From an uncultured Clostridia bacterium (lineage in GTDB: Bacteria; Bacillota; Clostridia; Oscillospirales; Acutalibacteraceae), in NCBI GenBank assembly GCA_944384835.1, contig CALWUU010000043.1, positions 50,004 to 114,003 on the forward strand: a DNA stretch of 64,000 nt. The letters run 5' to 3'. Made by a program: the position numbers and the translations under genes. Shown here in pieces: positions 21,160 through 31,154 of the stretch. The notes below the pieces were generated by a model that made no database searches, was not told the origin of the DNA, and was given only the letters and a program-made list of their open reading frames with translations. Within the stretch, counting starts at the first letter, position 1. Every line of letters begins with the position of its first letter.

Positions 21160-22227
21160 TTAACTCCATCCAAATAAACGAGATATATCTCCAAAGGTAA
21201 TTACTACCATAAAGCACATCAGAAACACAAATCCGGCCACATGAACCCAGCCCTCATATTTGGGATTCATCGGTTTACGGCGAATTGCTTCAATAATTAA
21301 GAAAATTAAACGTCCTCCATCCAAGGCAGGCAACGGCAACAGATTTACAACACCGAGATTTAATGTAATAATCATCATAATATTTAAAATATTATTCAGC
21401 GCTGTTAAAAAGCTGGTTTCCAAGCCTACGGAAGCTGCTTGAGAAATAGCGCCCGCAACGCCTACGGGACCGGAAAGTTGGTTAAATCCAAATCGTCCCG
21501 TTACAATTCCGGCTAAACTGGACCAAACCATACGCACAGTGGACACCGTATCTTTTCCCGCATTGGCAATAATGGTAGCAAAGTTTTTCTCAATGGGAAA
21601 TACTTTAAAATCCAAAATAGGGCTTATTTGACCGTCTATTTCACGGGTATTTAATTTAATGTCATCAAATCGCACTTGCTCTCCATCCCTGAGAACCACC
21701 AAATCCACTGCGTTGGGGTCAGCTGTTGCAAGCGCAAACTGTAAATCGGTACCACTGAAAATACGGTAACCATCTATGGAGTAAAATTGATCCCCTACCT
21801 GGACGCCTGCATCCTGCAAGGCAGAACCACTGTCTGCAAACATACTGATTCTGGTAGAAGCAAACGCAGGCTGCTGTACAGACAGCACCAGCGCTAAAAT
21901 AAAGCCCAGCAGTATATTCATAACAGCTCCGGCACAAACCACAATCATTCGTTTCCATACTGCTTTGTTGCCAAATGCACGTTCGTCATCGCTTTTTGTG
22001 TCTTCGCCTTCCATTGCGCAAAATCCGCCAATTGGAAATAAGCGTATAGAATATTTTGTTTCTTTCTTCCCCCACTTTATAATGCGCGGTCCCATACCAA
22101 TCGCAAATTCATTTACGCGTATACCGCACCATTTGGCCGTCAAAAAATGGCCTAACTCATGGATAAACACAACAAATGTAAATGCAAGTATCGCTATGAT
22201 AATAAGTAGGACAATAATAGAGATCAC
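21160..22227 (-). CDS. rseP: RIP zinc metalloprotease RseP/RasP (M50 family)
   Basis: 355 aa. Contains HELGHF, a PDZ segment, an NLLP..LDGG motif and several TM segments. Confidence 0.93.
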   Translation of the reverse strand: MISIIVLLIIIAILAFTFVVFIHELGHFLTAKWCGIRVNEFAIGMGPRIIKWGKKETKYSIRLFPIGGFCAMEGEDTKSDDERAFGNKAVWKRMIVVCAGAVMNILLGFILALVLSVQQPAFASTRISMFADSGSALQDAGVQVGDQFYSIDGYRIFSGTDLQFALATADPNAVDLVVLRDGEQVRFDDIKLNTREIDGQISPILDFKVFPIEKNFATIIANAGKDTVSTVRMVWSSLAGIVTGRFGFNQLSGPVGVAGAISQAASVGLETSFLTALNNILNIMMIITLNLGVVNLLPLPALDGGRLIFLIIEAIRRKPMNPKYEGWVHVAGFVFLMCFMVVITFGDISRLFGWS

Positions 22228-22239
22228 CTTCTTTATTTG

Positions 22240-23388
22240 TTAATCTATGGTGTCTAATACAAAACGACGAGCCGACTCATCAACTTCCAGCACGTCTTCA
22301 ATACACGTTACTGCTCCAGGATTTTGACGTTCCATTGCCTGTGTTACTAAGTCGCCAATGGTGAGAAATCCAATGCGACCTTGTAAAAATAATTTTACAG
22401 CTTCTTCATTAGCACCGTTGGCTGCCGCAGGAGCCAATCCTCCCCGAACAAACGCGTTTTTACAAGCGTTTAAGCAACGAAACGTATCATAATCCGGCTT
22501 GTAAAATGATAACTGTCCGCATTCGGTTAAATCCAGCTGTTTGCACGGTGACGGGTACCTTTGAGGAAATGTAATTGCATACTGAATCGGGATTCTCATA
22601 TCAGGTACACCTAATTGCGCCAGTACGGAATTATCCTGGTACTCAATCAAAGAATGAATGATACTCTCACGATGCACCACAACATCCAATTGCTCCATGG
22701 GCATAGAGAACAGCCATGCAGCTTCAATCAATTCCAATCCTTTGTTCATCATGGTTGCAGAATCAATAGTGACTTTTGCCCCCATATTCCAATTGGGATG
22801 ATTCAGCGCCTGTTTTACAGTAACATGCTCCAACTCTTCTTTTGTCTTACCAAAAAAAGGTCCTCCCGATGCCGTTAAGATAATTCGTTTTAATTGCTTA
22901 TGGTCAGCACAGCCATATAAACATTGAAATACGGCTGAATGTTCGCTGTCTACCGGAATGATGCGCACTCCTTTTTCCTTTGCAGCCTGCATCACCAAAG
23001 AGCCGCCTGCAACCAAAGTTTCCTTGTTTGCCAAAGCGACATCTTTTTTTGCTTCAATGGCCGCTAATGTAGGACGCAGTCCCACCATGCCAACGACAGA
23101 GTTTAATACAAGATCCGCTTCTTGTGCAGAAGCTGCCAAACACAGACCTTCCATGCCGGAAACAACGGTAACAGGCAAGTCTGCAACAGCAATTTTCAAC
23201 TGTTTTGCTGCCTCTAAATCAAAAACCGCAACAAGTTGCGGCTTGAATTCTCGTATTTGCTTTTCAAGCAACGCGATATTTTGATACGCTGCCAATGCAG
23301 TAACCGATAAACCAAGACCTCGTACAATATCTAATGTTTGGCATCCGATAGAACCGGTGGAACCTAAAATAGAAAGTTTCTTTTCCAT
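22240..23388 (-). CDS. dxr: 1-deoxy-D-xylulose 5-phosphate reductoisomerase
   Basis: 382 aa. Contains ILGSTGSIG, the NKE..V context, PVDSEH and HPNW.MG. Confidence 0.96.
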   Translation of the reverse strand: MEKKLSILGSTGSIGCQTLDIVRGLGLSVTALAAYQNIALLEKQIREFKPQLVAVFDLEAAKQLKIAVADLPVTVVSGMEGLCLAASAQEADLVLNSVVGMVGLRPTLAAIEAKKDVALANKETLVAGGSLVMQAAKEKGVRIIPVDSEHSAVFQCLYGCADHKQLKRIILTASGGPFFGKTKEELEHVTVKQALNHPNWNMGAKVTIDSATMMNKGLELIEAAWLFSMPMEQLDVVVHRESIIHSLIEYQDNSVLAQLGVPDMRIPIQYAITFPQRYPSPCKQLDLTECGQLSFYKPDYDTFRCLNACKNAFVRGGLAPAAANGANEEAVKLFLQGRIGFLTIGDLVTQAMERQNPGAVTCIEDVLEVDESARRFVLDTID

Positions 23389-23425
23389 TATTATTCACCA
23401 ATCTGTCATTTTATTTCAAACAATT

Positions 23426-24250
23426 TTATTGAATCACTGGTAATAGTTGGATAAACAGATAAATAAACGGTCCGACAATGACAACACTGTCAAAACGATC
23501 CATCATACCTCCGTGACCCGGAATTAAATTTCCAAAATCTTTAACGTCATAACTTCGTTTGATGATGGAAAAACTCAAATCTCCCACAATAGATAAAATT
23601 GCGGTTACACCGCCGATAATAGCAAGCGCCAAATAAGAGACAGTAAGCTGTGAGCCATAAAAGATAAGATTATATAAATAGCCCATGAGCATAATCAGCC
23701 CAATATTTATGATAAATCCGCCCACTGCGCCTTCTACTGTCTTTTTTGGGCTGATATTCGGACATAATTTATGTTTTCCTATAAAACTGCCTACAAAATA
23801 TGCTCCCGCGTCTGCAATCCATGCGGCAAACAACGCCATTACCACATACAGCATACAGTGCTGCGGATTGAGATATCTCATGAGGGATACTGTATTTAAT
23901 GAGGTTGTAACCAGCAGAGTCATGCCAAATACCACACAAATATCTTGAAACTTGACCTTTTTGTAATGATATATAGTAGAACCCAGTATGGAAATGGTAT
24001 ACAGGAAATATGTAACCATTGACCAATACAATTGATTGGGTATCAATGGAATTGCAAGCGCAAATGCTACACTTGGCAATATAAACGTAACATGTTTACG
24101 CAGTCCCACTGCCGAAACCAGTTCAAAAACAGCGGTAGCAGTAATCAGTGCCATTATGATATTCAAAGAATACGGAAAAATAAACTGGAATCCTATCATC
24201 GCAGCTACAATGCCTATGACCAAACATCCGGACAGTATCCTTTTAATCAA
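23426..24250 (-). CDS. cdsA: Phosphatidate cytidylyltransferase
   Basis: ORF 23426-24340. A TTG at 24250 lies 8 nt after GGAGG and 1 nt after the uppS TGA. The CTP-transferase signature S..KR...KD.G..IPGHGG..DR.DS is present. Confidence 0.9.
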   Translation of the reverse strand: MIKRILSGCLVIGIVAAMIGFQFIFPYSLNIIMALITATAVFELVSAVGLRKHVTFILPSVAFALAIPLIPNQLYWSMVTYFLYTISILGSTIYHYKKVKFQDICVVFGMTLLVTTSLNTVSLMRYLNPQHCMLYVVMALFAAWIADAGAYFVGSFIGKHKLCPNISPKKTVEGAVGGFIINIGLIMLMGYLYNLIFYGSQLTVSYLALAIIGGVTAILSIVGDLSFSIIKRSYDVKDFGNLIPGHGGMMDRFDSVVIVGPFIYLFIQLLPVIQ

Positions 24251-24251
24251 A

Positions 24252-24977
24252 TCAGACACCTCCAAACCTTCTGTTGCGCTTTGCATATTCATCCAAACAA
24301 TGTTCCAAATCTTCCGTGGTAAAATCAGGCCACAGCACATCCATAAAAATCAGTTCGGAATACGCTGATTGCCACAGCAAAAAATTAGAAAGTCTGCATT
24401 CGCCGCTGGGACGAATAATCAAATCAGGATCCGGTTCTCCATACGTATACATATGGTCGGACAACATCTGCTCTGTAATCTCAGAAGGCTGCAAGGTACC
24501 GTTTTGTACTTTCTCCGCCAAATTCTGCGCAGCACGTGTAATTTCCGCTCTGCTGCCGTAATTCATAGCCAAATTCAAAACCATTCCCGTACGAGTTTTA
24601 CCCGTTTCAATGGTTTGTGCTATCAGTTCCTGCAAATCTTCCGAAAATACAGAAGTATCTCCCAAAAAACGAATTTTAATATCGTCATTGAGTAAATCTT
24701 CCAAAGCATCTTTTAAATATTGTTTAAACAAACCCATTAAAGCGCCCACTTCCTCTTCAGGACGCTTCCAGTTTTCTGTTGAAAAAGCATATACCGTTAA
24801 GTATTTAATGCCAATTTTACTGCAATAGCGGGTAATGGCTTTAAACTTAGCAGCGCCTGCTCTATGTCCCATAGAGCGCGGCATCAAACGTTTTTTGGCC
24901 CAGCGACCGTTTCCGTCCATAATAATGGCCAGATGCTGCGGCAAAATACGTTCCCCTTGGTTTGCAGAAGATTTCAT
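24252..24977 (-). CDS. uppS: Isoprenyl transferase (undecaprenyl-diphosphate synthase)
   Basis: 241 aa. Contains HLAIIMDGNGRWA, FS.ENW.RP and RLSNFLLWQ.AY.E. Confidence 0.96.
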   Translation of the reverse strand: MKSSANQGERILPQHLAIIMDGNGRWAKKRLMPRSMGHRAGAAKFKAITRYCSKIGIKYLTVYAFSTENWKRPEEEVGALMGLFKQYLKDALEDLLNDDIKIRFLGDTSVFSEDLQELIAQTIETGKTRTGMVLNLAMNYGSRAEITRAAQNLAEKVQNGTLQPSEITEQMLSDHMYTYGEPDPDLIIRPSGECRLSNFLLWQSAYSELIFMDVLWPDFTTEDLEHCLDEYAKRNRRFGGV

Positions 24978-24998
24978 AATAATTACCGCCTACAATGA

Positions 24999-25553
24999 TT
25001 ATAGTTCAAGAATTTCTTTTTCTTTTTTTGCATGCATAGCATCTGCTTCTTTACAGTATTTATCTGTTAAATCTTGAGCTTTTTTCTCTCCGTCTTTTAA
25101 ATCGTCCTCTGTAATGTCACCGTCTTTTTTCATTGCTTTTAATTTTTCAATGGCATCACGGCGAATGGAACGAATTGCAACTTTACCGTTTTCACACATT
25201 TTTCCGATATCCTTTGCAATTTCACGGCGTCTTTCCTCTGTTAACTGTGGGAAAGTAAGACGAATCACTTTACCGTCATTTTGCGGATTGATACCTAAAT
25301 CTGCAACTTGGATTGCTTTTTCGATACTGTCCAAAGAAGAAACATCCCATGGCTGAATCACAAGAACCCTTGCTTCTGAAACGGAAACTGCCGCAAGTTG
25401 ATTGATTGCAGTAGGAGCACCGTAGTAATCTACCATCACTTTATCTAAAATGGCTGGATTTGCACGGCCTGCACGCACTGCAGCAAATTCATCTGATAAA
25501 ACATGAATGGATTTTTGCATTTTTTCTTCTGCTTGTATTAAAATATCTTTCAT
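24999..25553 (-). CDS. frr: Ribosome recycling factor
   Basis: 184 aa. Contains RAGRANP.ILD...V.YYG and PPLTEERR-like LTEERRREIAK. Confidence 0.96.
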   Translation of the reverse strand: MKDILIQAEEKMQKSIHVLSDEFAAVRAGRANPAILDKVMVDYYGAPTAINQLAAVSVSEARVLVIQPWDVSSLDSIEKAIQVADLGINPQNDGKVIRLTFPQLTEERRREIAKDIGKMCENGKVAIRSIRRDAIEKLKAMKKDGDITEDDLKDGEKKAQDLTDKYCKEADAMHAKKEKEILEL

Positions 25554-25611
25554 AACCTAATACCTTCCTACTAAATGACTTATTGATATAATATAGATCA
25601 TAATTTTAAAT

Positions 25612-26325
25612 TTATTCTACCAAAGTGCCGACAGATTCACCGCAAATTGCCTTTACAATGTTTTCCGGTTTATCAATGCTGAATACCAGCAATGCAATGT
25701 CGTTATCTTTGCAAAGAGATGCCGCTGTGCTGTCCATAACTTTTAAGTCTTGATTGAGCACGTCCATAAAAGAAAGCTTTTCGTATTTCACAGCACTCGG
25801 ATTGGTTTTCGGGTCACTGTCGTAAACGCCGTCTACCATGGTTGCTTTTAAAATAACGTCCGCGTCAATCTCAGCAGCGCGCAAAGCTGCGGCTGTATCC
25901 GTTGAAAAGAAAGGATTACCCGTTCCGCATCCGAATACAACCACTCTTCCTTTTTCCAAATGACGAACTGCCTTATTGCGAATATAAGGTTCTGCAACTT
26001 CCTGCATGGCAATTGCAGTTTGCACACGTACATCCAAACCCAACTGCTCCAATGCATCGGCAACACCCAAAGCATTAATTACCGTTGCCAGCATACCCAT
26101 GTGGTCTGCTCTGGTTCTATCCATATTTCCGCTGCTGCGGCCTCTCCAAAAATTTCCGCCGCCTACAACAATAGCTACTTCAACCCCCATATCCACACAA
26201 GTTTTTACCGGCTGGCAGAACTTTAATACTGTATCAAAATCAATTCCATGAGATTGTTTTCCCGCTAAAGACTCGCCGCTTAATTTTAAAAGAACCCTTC
26301 TATATTTCGGCTGCAAAAGAAACAC
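25612..26325 (-). CDS. pyrH: UMP kinase
   Basis: 237 aa. Contains [20 protein letters not shown] and VDGVY..DP. Confidence 0.96.
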   Translation of the reverse strand: MFLLQPKYRRVLLKLSGESLAGKQSHGIDFDTVLKFCQPVKTCVDMGVEVAIVVGGGNFWRGRSSGNMDRTRADHMGMLATVINALGVADALEQLGLDVRVQTAIAMQEVAEPYIRNKAVRHLEKGRVVVFGCGTGNPFFSTDTAAALRAAEIDADVILKATMVDGVYDSDPKTNPSAVKYEKLSFMDVLNQDLKVMDSTAASLCKDNDIALLVFSIDKPENIVKAICGESVGTLVE

Positions 26326-26434
26326 CCCGTCTTTCCAAATTTTTTCTACCTGTCTATTTTACAATAAGCGCAACATATTGTAAAGCGAATCTACGCTTTT
26401 CATACAGAAGATTATTTGGTCAAACGGGGAATTT

Positions 26435-27448
26435 TTAAAATCTTTCATCATACACTTTTAAAATTTCGGTTAATGTTTTGCGTACAGCTTCAGCCACACT
26501 GCCGGGTTCCACTACAGTTACTTGATTACCAAACCCCACAAGCCAGCCAATAAACGGCGGGCTGACAGCCACCTTTAATTTCACATAAATATGCTCATCA
26601 TCGCATTTGGAAATAGAAATGTGACTGCCGAATTTATCAAGTATAACGCCGATTAAAGAATTTTTTATCTTTAACGTGATCCTTTCTTCTTTTCCTCCAT
26701 ACATTCCAAATACTTTTTGAGAATATACTGCTAAATCAAACTGCTGAAAACAATCTTTTCCCTGCCGCGGTTGTTCCAGTAAACAGATGGATGACATTTT
26801 ATCTACACGGTAATGTTTAATTTGGCTGCTTTCACTGTCAAAGGCAACTAAATAGTATTTTTCATCATCCCAAGAAAGCGCCCAGGGACTGACGCAATAG
26901 GACTCTCCGTTTTTACGAAATTGTTTGCGTACTTTTTCAGGCTGCTGAAAATCCACCACCCATTCAAAGTATTGAAACGTGATTTGATTGTCCTGTGCAA
27001 TGGCATTATGGATATGATCTACATTGTAATAAATAGATTCATTTACAGTTTTAATTCGATTGGTCATGTAAACCTGTCTTTTTAATTGACGCGCTTCATA
27101 TACACTGGCCAGCTGACCGATTTTATGTATCAACTCTGTTGATTTCTTATGAGTAATAAATTTGGAAGATTGTACCGCATCTACCAGCAATTTTAATTCA
27201 GGCAATTCAAATGAGCGGCTGGCAACATAATAGGCGCATGTACGGGCATTATTTTTCTCAATATCAACACCGTACAAACGCAAATGTTCAATATCGTTAT
27301 AAAGACTCTTTCGTTCGGCTTGAATATTATATTGATCTAATTTTGTGACCAGTTCTTTAATGGTAAGAGGATGGGATTCATCTGTCTCCTCCATCAAAAT
27401 TTTCATTAGATATAATATTTTCATTTTTTGATTTGCATTGCCGGACAT
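26435..27448 (-). CDS. WYL-domain transcriptional regulator (HTH-WYL-WCX architecture)
   Basis: 337 aa. Has an N-terminal winged HTH (KILYLMKILMEETDESHPLTIKELVTKL), a central WYL-like core (SPWALSWDDEKYYLVAFD...HYRVDKM) and a C-terminal extension domain. Confidence 0.8.
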   Translation of the reverse strand: MSGNANQKMKILYLMKILMEETDESHPLTIKELVTKLDQYNIQAERKSLYNDIEHLRLYGVDIEKNNARTCAYYVASRSFELPELKLLVDAVQSSKFITHKKSTELIHKIGQLASVYEARQLKRQVYMTNRIKTVNESIYYNVDHIHNAIAQDNQITFQYFEWVVDFQQPEKVRKQFRKNGESYCVSPWALSWDDEKYYLVAFDSESSQIKHYRVDKMSSICLLEQPRQGKDCFQQFDLAVYSQKVFGMYGGKEERITLKIKNSLIGVILDKFGSHISISKCDDEHIYVKLKVAVSPPFIGWLVGFGNQVTVVEPGSVAEAVRKTLTEILKVYDERF

Positions 27449-27560
27449 AAAAAGCCCTCCTATCGGAATGTTACGTAAATAAAATGTTAATTATATTATA
27501 CTTCAGAATAGTTATTTTTTACTATTTGCTTAATATTTTCACATTTTTTTGTCTCAACTA

Positions 27561-27596
27561 AAAAAGCAGCGTAACCAACATTACGCTGCTTTTTTA
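27561..27596 (-). terminator. Terminator after the carbonic anhydrase gene
   Basis: agcagcgtaa and ttacgctgct form a stem with loop ccaaca, flanked by A5 and T6. Confidence 0.75.
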
Positions 27597-27605
27597 ATTA
27601 TTCCA

Positions 27606-28148
27606 TTAATTAACGGGAGTTAATTTGCCGGTAGTGACATCAATAACATAGCCAAGTACTTCTACTTTATCAGGGATCAAAGGATGCCTGCGAATTAAAT
27701 TTACAGAATTTTCTACTGATGTTTCTACTTTATGAAAACCGCACAGCCATTGATCAAAATCAGGTCTGCAATATTTCATCATTTCAATGGAATCCTCTGA
27801 AATACCATTATTCCGCATATTTTGCATCACTGCCTCACTGTCCAACCCCTGTACGCCGCAGTCAGTATGTCCAATAACCAAAATATGTTCTACTCCCAAA
27901 GTATGCACTGCAATTAATAAACTGCGCATAACGCTGCCGAAGGGATCCGCAATGATTCCACCTGCATTTTTAATGATTTTAGCATCCCCATTGCGAAGTC
28001 CCAAAGCCGCAGGCAGCAACTCTGTTAGTCTTGTATCCATACAAGATAAAATCGCAAGTTTTTTATTTGGATACTTGCCCGCGGCATATTTTTCATAAGC
28101 TTTGCTCTCCACAAACGCTTTGTTATACTCTAAAATCTCTTCCAACAT
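27606..28148 (-). CDS. Beta-class carbonic anhydrase
   Basis: 180 aa. Contains zinc-ligand motifs CMDTRL and HTDCG. Confidence 0.88.
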   Translation of the reverse strand: MLEEILEYNKAFVESKAYEKYAAGKYPNKKLAILSCMDTRLTELLPAALGLRNGDAKIIKNAGGIIADPFGSVMRSLLIAVHTLGVEHILVIGHTDCGVQGLDSEAVMQNMRNNGISEDSIEMMKYCRPDFDQWLCGFHKVETSVENSVNLIRRHPLIPDKVEVLGYVIDVTTGKLTPVN

Positions 28149-28392
28149 AATGAAAGTACCTCTATTCTATTTTAAGATTTCGTTATATTGTAACATGTTT
28201 TATACATACTTACAATCCTGAACATAATTTGTATAAATTTTATACATTCATGTGGAAAGCCAAGAAATTGCACTTATTCTCTGCCGCTCCATCATTCAGC
28301 CGCTCAGAAACCATTGTCTTGTTTCTAAATGACTTTATAAGCCAGAATTTAATATCAACACCACATCACTAAAATAAAAAGAACAAACAATA

Positions 28393-28430
28393 CGGTTGCA
28401 AAACAAAATATATATTTCGTTTTGCAACCG
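28393..28430 (-). terminator. Terminator after the THUMP methyltransferase gene
   Basis: cggttgcaaaac and gttttgcaaccg form a 12-bp stem, followed on the minus strand by a T-rich tract. Confidence 0.65.
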
Positions 28431-28436
28431 GTCCCT

Positions 28437-29555
28437 CTATTTAAAATACATATATAATTGACACTTGATCATGCCGTTATATAATTTTCTTCTTTTATCT
28501 GCTTTTCTTCCATAACATTGCTCAAACATTTCATCAGGAGTAATGATAGAATAACTCCATCCGTGTTTTGGCTGGAAGACTTGTCCCATAATCTGATATA
28601 ATTCCTCTGCCTGCTTGATATCCAGCAGGCGTTCTCCATATGGCGGATTACAAATCACGACCCCGGTCTCAGTTTCTGTCTTAAAGTCGCGTATATCTCT
28701 TTTTTCTGCCTGAATACAGCCTATCACGCCTGCCTTTTTTGCATTTGCAATGGTTAAAGACACCGCAGCGCCGTCTATATCAAAACCTTTGCCTTGAAAA
28801 CGGGCATCTCTGCGTATCAGGTCAAATGCGCGCTCTTTTTCTTTTTTCCAAACAGAAGCATCAATTTGATCCCAGTTTTCCGCCGAAAAGCTGCGGCGCA
28901 AGCCGGGCGCGATATTTAATGCATACAATGCCGATTCAATCAATACCGTTCCTGAACCGCAAAATGGGTCTACCATATTGCCGTTTACACGCACACGAGA
29001 TAAATGTGCCATAGCGGCGGCCAATGTTTCTTTGATTGGCGCATCCGTTGCACTTGCACGGTAGCCCCGTTTATGCAGTCCTTGACCGGAAGTATCTATC
29101 ATAATACTGACCTGATCTTTCATAATTAAAAATTGAATTTGATATAAAGTATCGGTTTCATCAAACCACGAAACATGATACTTCTGTTTCAGCCGTTCTA
29201 CTACGGCTTTCTTTATGATTTTTTGACAGTCAGGCACACTGGATAATTGAGAACTGAGGGAACGACCTTTCACTGGAAAAATATCATTTTTACCAATCCA
29301 GGCTTCCCACGGCAGAGCTTTTACCCCCTGAAACAATTCTTCAAAAGTACGTGCCTGAAAGGTTCCAAGCAGAATAAGCACACGTTCACTGTATCGTGAA
29401 CATAAATTTGCTCTTACCAGCATATTGATATCACCGTCAAATACCACTCGTCCATTTTGCGGTTCTACACGTTTTGCTTCCATTGCACGCAGTTCATCCG
29501 CTACCAACCCTTCTACCCCTAAAATGCAAGGGCAAACCAATTTAAAATTCTCCAT
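28437..29555 (-). CDS. THUMP-domain class I SAM-dependent RNA methyltransferase (RlmL/YpsC-like)
   Basis: 372 aa. Has an N-terminal THUMP region, DPFCGSGT and NPPYGERL motifs. Confidence 0.88.
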   Translation of the reverse strand: MENFKLVCPCILGVEGLVADELRAMEAKRVEPQNGRVVFDGDINMLVRANLCSRYSERVLILLGTFQARTFEELFQGVKALPWEAWIGKNDIFPVKGRSLSSQLSSVPDCQKIIKKAVVERLKQKYHVSWFDETDTLYQIQFLIMKDQVSIMIDTSGQGLHKRGYRASATDAPIKETLAAAMAHLSRVRVNGNMVDPFCGSGTVLIESALYALNIAPGLRRSFSAENWDQIDASVWKKEKERAFDLIRRDARFQGKGFDIDGAAVSLTIANAKKAGVIGCIQAEKRDIRDFKTETETGVVICNPPYGERLLDIKQAEELYQIMGQVFQPKHGWSYSIITPDEMFEQCYGRKADKRRKLYNGMIKCQLYMYFK

Positions 29556-29584
29556 ATATTGCTGTTCACTCCAATTCTGGATTT

Positions 29585-29618
29585 AAAAAGGGACCGCGCT
29601 GTCACGCGGCCCCTTTCT
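29585..29618 (-). terminator. Terminator after hpf
   Basis: The minus strand reads ggggccgcg-tgacag-cgcggtccc followed by TTTTT. Confidence 0.75.
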
Positions 29619-29629
29619 GCAATTAATTA

Positions 29630-30175
29630 TTAATCCTCTTCATCCGGTTCCAATAAACCGTATCCGCCGTTGTTGCGCTTATAGACCACAGCAATCTCTT
29701 CTGTTTCAGCGTCGCGGAACATATAAAATTGGTGACCTAACATATCCATTTGCAAAATAGCTTCTTCTATATGCATTGGCTTTACCGGAACTTTTTTCGT
29801 TCTTGCTATTTTATATTCAACAGTCGGCTGTTCCGGAACTTCACCATTATAATAATCTTCTACATAATCACGCAGTGCGCCTGAATGTAACTTTTTCTCC
29901 AATTTTGTTTTATTTTTTCTAATTTGTCTGCCCAAAGCACTGATCACCTGATCCAGCGCGTCATTCATTTCAAAATCTGTAGCTTCCGCACGGAAAATCA
30001 AGCCGCTTTGGCGTATGGTAATTTCTACTGTTTGACGGTTATGTTCTACTGTAACCACAACATGTGCGTCTGCATCTTCTGCAAAAATTCTGTCATAACG
30101 AGAAAGTTTCTTTTCTACTAATTCTTTAAAATTGTTCTTTAGATTTACTTTTCTGCCGGTAATAGTGATCTTCAT
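29630..30175 (-). CDS. hpf: Ribosome hibernation-promoting factor, long form
   Basis: ORF 29630-30211. Start placed at ATG 30175 (MKITITGRKVNL). Has an S30AE N-domain and a C-terminal dimerisation domain (KPMHIEEAILQMDMLGHQFYMFRD). Confidence 0.93.
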   Translation of the reverse strand: MKITITGRKVNLKNNFKELVEKKLSRYDRIFAEDADAHVVVTVEHNRQTVEITIRQSGLIFRAEATDFEMNDALDQVISALGRQIRKNKTKLEKKLHSGALRDYVEDYYNGEVPEQPTVEYKIARTKKVPVKPMHIEEAILQMDMLGHQFYMFRDAETEEIAVVYKRNNGGYGLLEPDEED

Positions 30176-30299
30176 ACCAACATCTCCCTTAACAAAACAT
30201 TCTCGCAGCAAAAATTATGGGGCTTAAAACGAAGTCTTCATATTTCTTACTACGAAACAAGTATAACACATTGTATAAAAAAAGGGAAGTCATTTCTTT

Positions 30300-31142
30300 T
30301 TATATTGTTACTTTTTTATGTCTGGTCACATGACAGCCTACATTGACGGCAACAGGAAGTCCTGCAATATGTGTGGCATACTGTTCAATGGCTACTGAAA
30401 GAGCCGTTGTATTTCCGCCAAATCCCTGGGGACCAATATCCAGCTGATTTACTCTTTCCAGCATTTCCTGCTCCAGCAAACGATATTCTTCTTTTGGATT
30501 GTGTATTGATATTTCACGGCATAATGCCTTTTTGGCAAGATAAGCACACAGCTCAAAATCTCCGCCAATACCAACGCCAAGCACCATAGGAGGACAAGGG
30601 TTACTGCCGGCTAATCTTGCTGTTTCCACTACAAAATTGATAATATCTTCTTTTGCTGCGGAAGGAGTAAACATTTTGATTCTGCTCATATTTTCACTGC
30701 CGAATCCTTTTGGCGCCACCATTAGTTCCACTTTGTCTCCCGGCACGATTCTTGTATGAATCACAGCAGGCGTATTATCGTTCGTATTTTTTCTTTCCAA
30801 CGGGTCTTCCACTACTGATAGTCGGAGCAAACCTTCCACATAACCTTGTCTTACGCCTTCATGTATGGCTTGCTCAAAATCTCCTCCGGTAAAATGCACC
30901 TCTTGTCCAACTTCTATAAATACCACAGCCATACCTGTGTCCTGACAAATGGGAATCTGCATCTCTCTGGCGGCGTTCATATTACTGCATAAGTCGTTTA
31001 ATATTGCCTTGCCAGTATCATTGGTCTCCATTTTACATGCTTTGCAGATTTCTTCCTCTAAATCAGCCGGCAAAACACGGTTTGTTTCAATACACAGCCG
31101 TTTGACTGCCGCAGTAATTTGAGATACATCCACTTCTCTCAT
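30300..31142 (-). CDS. Class I Fe-S hydro-lyase alpha subunit (fumarate hydratase / tartrate dehydratase alpha type)
   Basis: ORF 30300-31148. Start placed at ATG 31142, 7 nt after AAAGGAG. Contains CQDTG, KGFGSEN and GVGIGG. No beta-subunit gene is adjacent. Confidence 0.85.
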   Translation of the reverse strand: MREVDVSQITAAVKRLCIETNRVLPADLEEEICKACKMETNDTGKAILNDLCSNMNAAREMQIPICQDTGMAVVFIEVGQEVHFTGGDFEQAIHEGVRQGYVEGLLRLSVVEDPLERKNTNDNTPAVIHTRIVPGDKVELMVAPKGFGSENMSRIKMFTPSAAKEDIINFVVETARLAGSNPCPPMVLGVGIGGDFELCAYLAKKALCREISIHNPKEEYRLLEQEMLERVNQLDIGPQGFGGNTTALSVAIEQYATHIAGLPVAVNVGCHVTRHKKVTI

Positions 31143-31154
31143 AAACATTCTCCT

